This document shows, one piece after another, positions 58,392 to 64,000 of a stretch of DNA of 64,000 nt (its first letter is position 1; every line of letters begins with the position of its first letter). The notes below the pieces were generated by a model that was not told where the DNA came from, searched no databases, and was given only the letters and a program-made list of their open reading frames with translations. A program made the translations under genes and the position numbers. The DNA is from an uncultured Acidobacteriota bacterium (lineage in GTDB: Bacteria; Acidobacteriota; Thermoanaerobaculia; Multivoradales; DATKCC01), in NCBI GenBank assembly GCA_963843755.1, contig CAWJLS010000012.1, forward strand, positions 101,631 through 165,630. The letters are read 5' to 3'.

Positions 58392-59156
58392 GTGCACGAC
58401 GCTCTCCTCCTCGCGACGCTCGAAACCCTCGCCACCACCGGCGTCTTCCTCGCCATCCACCTGGCGGTCGCCCGCGCCTCCGGACAGTCGTTCCGCCGCA
58501 GCCTGAAGCTCTCCCGCGGGCTCGCCGCGACCCTCCTGGTCGCCACCGGCGCCGTCACCCTGGCCCGCTGGTGGCCGCTCTGGCATCTCACTTTCATCGC
58601 CCTCCACACCGACGCGGCCGAGACCTGGCCGGTGGCTGTCTTCGCCGGGCACCTGGCGGCCGATCTCGCCTGGATCCTCGGCGGCCGGGTCTTCCTCGCC
58701 GCGCGGGCGGCCCGCGACCTGGTCATCCACCACCTGCTCGGCATCGCCGCCTGCATCGCCGCGATCGTCTTCGGCGCCGGCTACGCGCTGGTCGGCGTCG
58801 TCCTGCTCTCCGAAGTCCTGCCGATCCTCACCGGCCTCGGCGCCCTCGCCCGGACCTGGCGGCTCGAAAACCTCGAGCACTGGGTGCTGCGCGCCAGCCT
58901 CGGCGCGATCGTCTGCCTGCGCATCCCGCTCTGGCTGTTCCTCGGCACGACCCTGGTCGCCTCCCTTCTCACCGGCACCGCCGGGCCGATCCACCACGCG
59001 ATCGCGCCGATCGCCCTCCCCGGCCTGCTGCTGGTCCTCGCCCTCGACCTCTACTGGATCCGCTCCTACCGCCGCCTGCTGGCCGACTTCCCGCGCCGCG
59101 GCGTGCCGGATCTGCCGCTCGATCCGCTGGCGCCCTGGTTCCTCGAAGAGGGGTGA
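58392..59156 (+). CDS. Hypothetical polytopic membrane protein (GTG start), likely co-transcribed with the GT39-like gene
   Basis: Seven hydrophobic segments are predicted. There is a 21-nt gap after the upstream gene. Codon-3 GC bias is consistent with coding. Confidence 0.5.
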   Translation: MHDALLLATLETLATTGVFLAIHLAVARASGQSFRRSLKLSRGLAATLLVATGAVTLARWWPLWHLTFIALHTDAAETWPVAVFAGHLAADLAWILGGRVFLAARAARDLVIHHLLGIAACIAAIVFGAGYALVGVVLLSEVLPILTGLGALARTWRLENLEHWVLRASLGAIVCLRIPLWLFLGTTLVASLLTGTAGPIHHAIAPIALPGLLLVLALDLYWIRSYRRLLADFPRRGVPDLPLDPLAPWFLEEG

Positions 59157-59256
59157 GGACCATCCTCCACCGGGGCTGGCGGTGATAGCCTGAACGTTCC
59201 TGATTCTCTCGACCAGGGTGTGAGCGCGCCGCTCGCCGGCTCGCTCGACTTCGACC

Positions 59257-61773
59257 ATGGGACAAGGAGAGCCACCGACCGGACGCCCCCGCGGTCCGAG
59301 CCCCGCGCCCACTGACGAGCGCTACCGTCAGCTCGTCGAGCTCTCGCCGGACGCCATCTTCGTCCACGACCACGGGGTTCTCCTCTACGCCAACCCGGCC
59401 GCGGCGACGCTGTTCGGCACGCCGGGCCCCGAGGATCTGCTCGGCCGGTCGGTCGAGGAGCTGGTCGCCCCCGCGTCGCGTGAGACCGTCCGCACCCTGC
59501 TGCGCCAGGTCGAAGGGCTCAAGCCGAGCCGCCGGCTGCTGGTCGATCGCGTCGCCCTGGCCAGCGGCCACGTGGTCGACACCGAGTTCTCGTCGGCCCC
59601 GCTCCTGTGGGACGGGCGGCCGGCGCGCCAGGTGGTGGTGCTCGACGTCACCGAGCAACGGCGCGCCGAGGCGGACCTGCTGGAGACCCAGCAGCAGCTC
59701 CGGACCATGGTCGATCACGCGCCGGAGGCGATCGTCGTCTACGACGCGGACAGCCTCCGGTTCGTCGACCTCAACTCCAAGGCCGAGCGCCTGTTCGGCA
59801 TGTCGCGCGCCGACCTTCTGCGCACCGGCCCGATCGCGGTCAGCCCGCCGACCCAGCCGGACGGCCGGTCGTCGAAGGAGGCCGGCCTGGGGAAGATCGA
59901 GGAGGCGCTGGCCGGCAAGGCGCCGATCTTCGAGTGGTGCCACCAGCACAGCTCGGGGCAGACGGTGCAGTGCGAGATCCGCCTGGTCCGCCTGCCCTCC
60001 ACCGGCCACCGCCTGGTCCGTGGCAGCGTCATCGACATCTCCGAGCGCAAGCGGGTCGAGGAGGAGCTCAGGGCCTCGGAGGAGCGCTTCTCGAAAGCGT
60101 TCCACGCCAGCCCGGTCGGCATCACCATCTCGAGCCTCGCCGGCGGCCGCTTCCTGAGCGTCAACCGCGCCTTCCTGGAGATGACCGGCTACACCTACGA
60201 CGAGGTGGTCGGGAGCAAGGCGGAGGAGCTCAACCTGTGGGTCGACGCCGAGACCCGCCGCGCCATCGGCGGCGCCATCCACGGCGACGACCCCAACCTG
60301 ACGGCCGAGGGGCGGCTGCGCACCAAGACCGGCGAGATCCTGCACATCCTCGCCTCGTTCGTGCGCATCGAGGTCGGCGGCGAGGAGTGCGTGCTCTGCC
60401 TCGGCAGCGACATCAGCGAGCGCAAAGCGTTCGAGGAGCAGCTCAGGCACCTGGCGTTCCACGACCCGCTGACCGGCCTGCCCAACCGGGCCCTGTTCGA
60501 GGACCGCCTCTCCCAGGCGCTCAAGCGCTCGGGCACCACCCCCTCGGGCGACTCGGACCTGGCGGTGCTGTTCCTCGACCTCGACCGGTTCAAGGTGGTC
60601 AACGACACCCTGGGCCACAGCGCCGGCGACGGGCTGCTGGCCGACGTCGGCGGCCGCCTGCGCGCCAGCCTGCCGGAGCGCCACACCCTGGCCCGCTTCG
60701 GCGGCGACGAGTTCGCGGTGCTGCTCGAGGGCGTCTCCGGCGCCCGCGAGGTCAAGCGGATCGTGGAGCGCCTGATCGCCGGTCTCGAGACCCCGTTCGA
60801 GGTGATGGGGACGCGGGTCGACGTGACCGTGAGCGTCGGCGTGGCGTTCCCCCGGGGCGACGGCGAGGCGCCGGAGGACCTGCTCCGGTTCATGGACATC
60901 GCCATGTACCGCGCCAAGCAGGAGGAAGGCAGCGGCTACCGCATCTTCGACCGCCGCCGGGACTCACCCGCCACCCGGCGCCTGCACATGGAGAACGCGC
61001 TCCGCCAGGCGCTCGAGAACGACGAGCTCGAGCTCCACTTCCAGCCGATGGTCTCCCTGGAGGACGAGGAGCTGCGCGGGGTCGAGGCGCTGATCCGCTG
61101 GCACCACCCGGTGCGCGGCCTGGTGTCACCGCCCGAGTTCGTCCCCATGGCCGAGGAGCTGGGGCTGATCGTGCCGATCGGCGAATGGGTTCTGCGGCAG
61201 GCGTGCCGCCAGGCCGCGCGGTGGTGCGAGCGGATGCCGCCCGGGCGCCCGTTCCGGCTGAGCGTCAACCTCTCGGCGCGCCAGCTCCGGGTGCCGGCGC
61301 TGGTGACGATCGTCGAGCGCATCCTCGCCGAGACCGGCCTGCCTGTCGAGTCGCTCGAGCTCGAGCTGACCGAGAACGTCGCCGTCCAGGCCACCGAGCA
61401 GCTCCGGCGCCTGCGGGCGATCGGCGTGCGCCTGGCCCTCGACGACTTCGGCACCGGCTACGCCTCCCTCTCCTACCTCCGGCAGCTCGAGGTCGACACG
61501 CTGAAGGTCGACCAGTCGTTCATCCACGGCCTGGAGCTCGGCGGCGCGGACGAGACCCTGGTGCGCGCGATCGTCTTCCTGGCCGACCGGCTCGGCCTCG
61601 ACCTGATCGCCGAGGGGGTCGAGACCCGGCGCCAGGCGGACCAGCTCGCCCAGATGGGCTGCCGCACTGCCCAGGGGTTCTTCTTCGCCCGCCCGCTGCC
61701 GGCCGACGAGCTGGAGACGATGCTGGACGGTCCGTTCCCGATGCGCCGGGCGGTCGCCGACGCCGACCCCTGA
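59257..61773 (+). CDS. PAS/PAC-sensor diguanylate cyclase/phosphodiesterase (3 PAS, GGDEF, EAL)
   Basis: RFGGDEFAVLL is the GGDEF motif. EALIRW...LALDDFGTGYASLSYL is the EAL active site. Multiple PAS domains sit at the N-terminus. Confidence 0.9.
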   Translation: MGQGEPPTGRPRGPSPAPTDERYRQLVELSPDAIFVHDHGVLLYANPAAATLFGTPGPEDLLGRSVEELVAPASRETVRTLLRQVEGLKPSRRLLVDRVALASGHVVDTEFSSAPLLWDGRPARQVVVLDVTEQRRAEADLLETQQQLRTMVDHAPEAIVVYDADSLRFVDLNSKAERLFGMSRADLLRTGPIAVSPPTQPDGRSSKEAGLGKIEEALAGKAPIFEWCHQHSSGQTVQCEIRLVRLPSTGHRLVRGSVIDISERKRVEEELRASEERFSKAFHASPVGITISSLAGGRFLSVNRAFLEMTGYTYDEVVGSKAEELNLWVDAETRRAIGGAIHGDDPNLTAEGRLRTKTGEILHILASFVRIEVGGEECVLCLGSDISERKAFEEQLRHLAFHDPLTGLPNRALFEDRLSQALKRSGTTPSGDSDLAVLFLDLDRFKVVNDTLGHSAGDGLLADVGGRLRASLPERHTLARFGGDEFAVLLEGVSGAREVKRIVERLIAGLETPFEVMGTRVDVTVSVGVAFPRGDGEAPEDLLRFMDIAMYRAKQEEGSGYRIFDRRRDSPATRRLHMENALRQALENDELELHFQPMVSLEDEELRGVEALIRWHHPVRGLVSPPEFVPMAEELGLIVPIGEWVLRQACRQAARWCERMPPGRPFRLSVNLSARQLRVPALVTIVERILAETGLPVESLELELTENVAVQATEQLRRLRAIGVRLALDDFGTGYASLSYLRQLEVDTLKVDQSFIHGLELGGADETLVRAIVFLADRLGLDLIAEGVETRRQADQLAQMGCRTAQGFFFARPLPADELETMLDGPFPMRRAVADADP

Positions 61774-61790
61774 CGAGCCGGCGCCGCCGG

Positions 61791-64000
61791 TCACTCGGAG
61801 CGCAGGGCGTCCATCGGGTCGACCCGCGACGCCCGGCGCGCCGGCAGGTAGCCCGCGAGCAGCGCCACCGCCGCCAGCAGGACCACCCCCGCCGCCAGCA
61901 CGGTCGGATCGGCCCCCTGGATGCCGTAGAGCAGCGACTGGGCGGCACGGCCGGCGGCGACCGCCGCCCCGACGCCGAGGGCGCCGCCGATCAGGAGCAT
62001 CACCCCGAGCTGGCGCAGCACCATCCCGCGCACCTGTCCGCTGCCCGCGCCGAGGGCCATCCGCACGCCGATCTCCCGGGTGCGCTGGGCCACGCTGTAG
62101 GCCAGCACGCCGTAGAGGCCGATGGCGGCCAGCAGCGTCGCCAGGGCCGCGAAGGACGCGGCGAGGGTCGTGATCAGGCGGTCGAGGAAGACGTTCTCCT
62201 CGATCTGCTGGTCGAGGGTCTTCAGCTCGTCGACCGGCAGGTTCGGGTCGAGCCGTTTGACCAGGGGCGGAATCGCCTGCATCACCTGCTCCGGCGTCCC
62301 CTGGCTCCGGACGTAGAAGTACAGGAAGCCGAGCTGGAAGTCCTGGCGGTAGGGCTCGAAGAAGAGCGCCGGCGCCTCGTCCTTGACCTCGGAGTACTTG
62401 GAGTCCTGCACCAGGCCGACGATCTGGGTGTCCAGCTCGTCGTTCCGGCCGCCGGTGCTCATCCACTTGCCCACCGCGTCACGGCCGCCGAGGTGGAACT
62501 TCTTGGCGAACGCCTCGTTGACGATCGCCACCTTCAGCGACTTGCCCGTGTCGGCCGGGGTGAACTCCCGGCCGGCCAGCACCGGCACCCCGAGGGTCCG
62601 GAAGTAGCCCGCCCCCACCCGGTTGTACCGGGCGTCCGAATCGGTGTCCGGGCCCCGCTCGAAACCCTCGACGTTGACGCTGCTCCCCCAGTTGCTGCCG
62701 CTCAGGATCGGCACCAGAGCGTCGGAAACCGAGCGCACGCCGGGAAGCGCCGCCAACTCCTCCTCGACCCGCTCGAACAGCGCCAGGCTCTGGGCCGGCT
62801 GGTAGCCGTTGAGCGCCGGCGCCAGCGAGAAGGTCACCAGGTTCTCCTTGTCGAGCCCGAGGTCGACCCGGCTGATGTTGACCAGGCTCCTGATGAACAG
62901 GCCGGCCGCCAGCAGCAACGCCATCGACAGGCCGATCTGGGCGGTCACCAGAGTCGACCGGAAGCGGGCCGCCGCGCGCGCCGCCGACGGCTGGCCGCCG
63001 CCTGCCTTGAGCGACGCCACCAGGTTGGGGCGGGTGGCGTGGAGCGCCGGGTAGAGGCCGAAGAACAGGCCGGTGAGGAGCGCCACGGCACCGGCGAACA
63101 GGGCGACCTCCGGGCTGATCGTGAGCCGGAGTGAAGCCACCTGATCCGCCGGCAGCAGAGAGCTGATCAGCCCCAGCGTCCAGCGGGCGACCAGCAATCC
63201 GGCCGCGCCTCCGAGCACCGCCAGCAGGGCCGCCTCGGTGAGCAGTTGGCGGAGCAGCCGGCCACGGCCCGCGCCGAGAGAGCTGCGGATCGCCATCTCC
63301 TGGGCCCGGGCGGCGCCGCGCGCCAGCAGCAGGTTGGCGATGTTGGCGCAGGCGATCAACAGCACGACCCCGGTGATCGAGAACAGCAGGACGAGCGGTG
63401 TCCGCGCCTGCCCGCGCATGCTGCTCTGGCCGTGCGCGCCCGGCTCCAGCACCAGCTCCTTGGCACGGAACCGCTCCATGGTCTGGTCGCTCATCCCGTC
63501 CTGGAGCGGCGCCTCGACATCGTTCAGGATCGCCGAGTAGACCCGGTTGGCGCCGGCGGAAGCCTGCTCCGCCGAGACCCCGGGTGCCAGCCGCGCGAAG
63601 GCGTAGACCCAGTAGACCCTCCGGTCGTCGAAGTCCTTCTCGTCGAAGAACGAGTCGACGGCCGCGTGCATGGAGAGGGGGACGTAGACGTCCGGCACCG
63701 ACCCGGTCGTCGTGCCCTTGAAGCCGTGGGGCGCCACGCCGACGACGGTCAAGGTCACGCCGTTGACCACCAGGGTCTGGCCGACGATCTTCGGATCGGC
63801 ACCGAGCTCACGGGTCCAGAACCCGTTCCCGAGAACCGCCACCGGGTGCTGTCCCGGCGCACCGTCGTCGGCCGGCGTGAACAGCCGGCCGAGCTGAGGC
63901 TGGAGGCCGAGGACGGAGAAGTAGGAGCCCGACACCAGCACCCCCTCGCCGCTCAGCGTGCGGTCGTCGGTCGCCAGGTTGGCGCCGAACAGGCGCTGCC
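61791..64000 (-). CDS. ADOP-type (duplicated MacB periplasmic domain + FtsX) ABC-transporter permease, partial (N-terminus beyond window end)
   Basis: Two FtsX TM bundles (LLLIACANIANLLLARGAARAQEMAIRSSLGAGRGRLLRQLLTEA and the C-terminal REIGVRMALGAGSGQVRGMVLRQ) flank MacB_PCD-like domains. The ORF continues to the window edge. Confidence 0.8.
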   Translation of the reverse strand, partial: QRLFGANLATDDRTLSGEGVLVSGSYFSVLGLQPQLGRLFTPADDGAPGQHPVAVLGNGFWTRELGADPKIVGQTLVVNGVTLTVVGVAPHGFKGTTTGSVPDVYVPLSMHAAVDSFFDEKDFDDRRVYWVYAFARLAPGVSAEQASAGANRVYSAILNDVEAPLQDGMSDQTMERFRAKELVLEPGAHGQSSMRGQARTPLVLLFSITGVVLLIACANIANLLLARGAARAQEMAIRSSLGAGRGRLLRQLLTEAALLAVLGGAAGLLVARWTLGLISSLLPADQVASLRLTISPEVALFAGAVALLTGLFFGLYPALHATRPNLVASLKAGGGQPSAARAAARFRSTLVTAQIGLSMALLLAAGLFIRSLVNISRVDLGLDKENLVTFSLAPALNGYQPAQSLALFERVEEELAALPGVRSVSDALVPILSGSNWGSSVNVEGFERGPDTDSDARYNRVGAGYFRTLGVPVLAGREFTPADTGKSLKVAIVNEAFAKKFHLGGRDAVGKWMSTGGRNDELDTQIVGLVQDSKYSEVKDEAPALFFEPYRQDFQLGFLYFYVRSQGTPEQVMQAIPPLVKRLDPNLPVDELKTLDQQIEENVFLDRLITTLAASFAALATLLAAIGLYGVLAYSVAQRTREIGVRMALGAGSGQVRGMVLRQLGVMLLIGGALGVGAAVAAGRAAQSLLYGIQGADPTVLAAGVVLLAAVALLAGYLPARRASRVDPMDALRSE

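Noticed and set aside
56448-63134. ORFs 56448..59312 (-), 57359..59185 (+), 58969..60684 (-), 59607..63134 (+), 61126..62466 (-)
   Set aside because: They are shadow frames over GT39, the membrane protein, GGDEF-EAL and ADOP genes, with Arg/Gly/Pro-dominated translations.

Overview
This is a 64 kb, very GC-rich (about 70%) bacterial chromosomal segment, densely coded on both strands. The six-frame track is full of long spurious antisense ORFs, which is typical of high-GC DNA, so I called genes only where I recognise domain content, codon-3 GC bias or a Shine-Dalgarno motif. Host lineage is not certain. Two features point to Acidobacteriota-like bacteria: an ADOP-type duplicated FtsX/MacB permease at the right edge and an IPTL-CTERM-like sorting signal.

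Gene content, left to right:
- A partial radical-SAM gene, divergent from a Spy/CpxP (LTXXQ) periplasmic protein.
- A phosphate-centred cluster:
  - a PHP-phosphoesterase::GT4 glycosyltransferase fusion;
  - a PhoB/PhoR-like two-component pair;
  - on the other strand, an NptA-type Na/Pi cotransporter, a PhoU-like DUF47 protein, and an unusual fusion of 2-phosphoglycerate kinase with an archaeal-type cofactor-independent phosphoglycerate mutase (apgM);
  - a canonical phoU;
  - candidate Pho-box direct repeats.
- A divergent pair of citrate-synthase-like paralogs. One carries an N-terminal HTH and is frameshifted in a GAGCCG repeat.
- A TonB-dependent receptor followed by a secreted isoaspartyl peptidase/asparaginase.
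- A TPR/cNMP-binding protein.
- A translationally coupled operon: DUF2007, a PEGA-domain Ser/Thr kinase, and two M16 peptidases.
- tRNA-Ala(CGC), followed by an accessory-like stretch:
  - a beta-helix IPTL-CTERM protein;
  - Dcp (M3 peptidase);
  - an AbiEi/AbiEii type IV toxin-antitoxin pair with a candidate operator.
- A cyclase, a DUF1111 di-haem protein and an alpha/beta hydrolase.
- A CheB-CheR-PAS fusion with a hybrid histidine kinase.
- A TetR regulator and an aldo/keto reductase that share an identical 20-bp palindromic operator.
- Further sensor kinases, an APC permease, an aminotransferase, DoxX, a GT39-family glycosyltransferase, a PAS-GGDEF-EAL protein and a partial ADOP permease.

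I found no CRISPR array, rRNA, integrase or transposase. Numbers derived from line indexing may be off by 1 nt.
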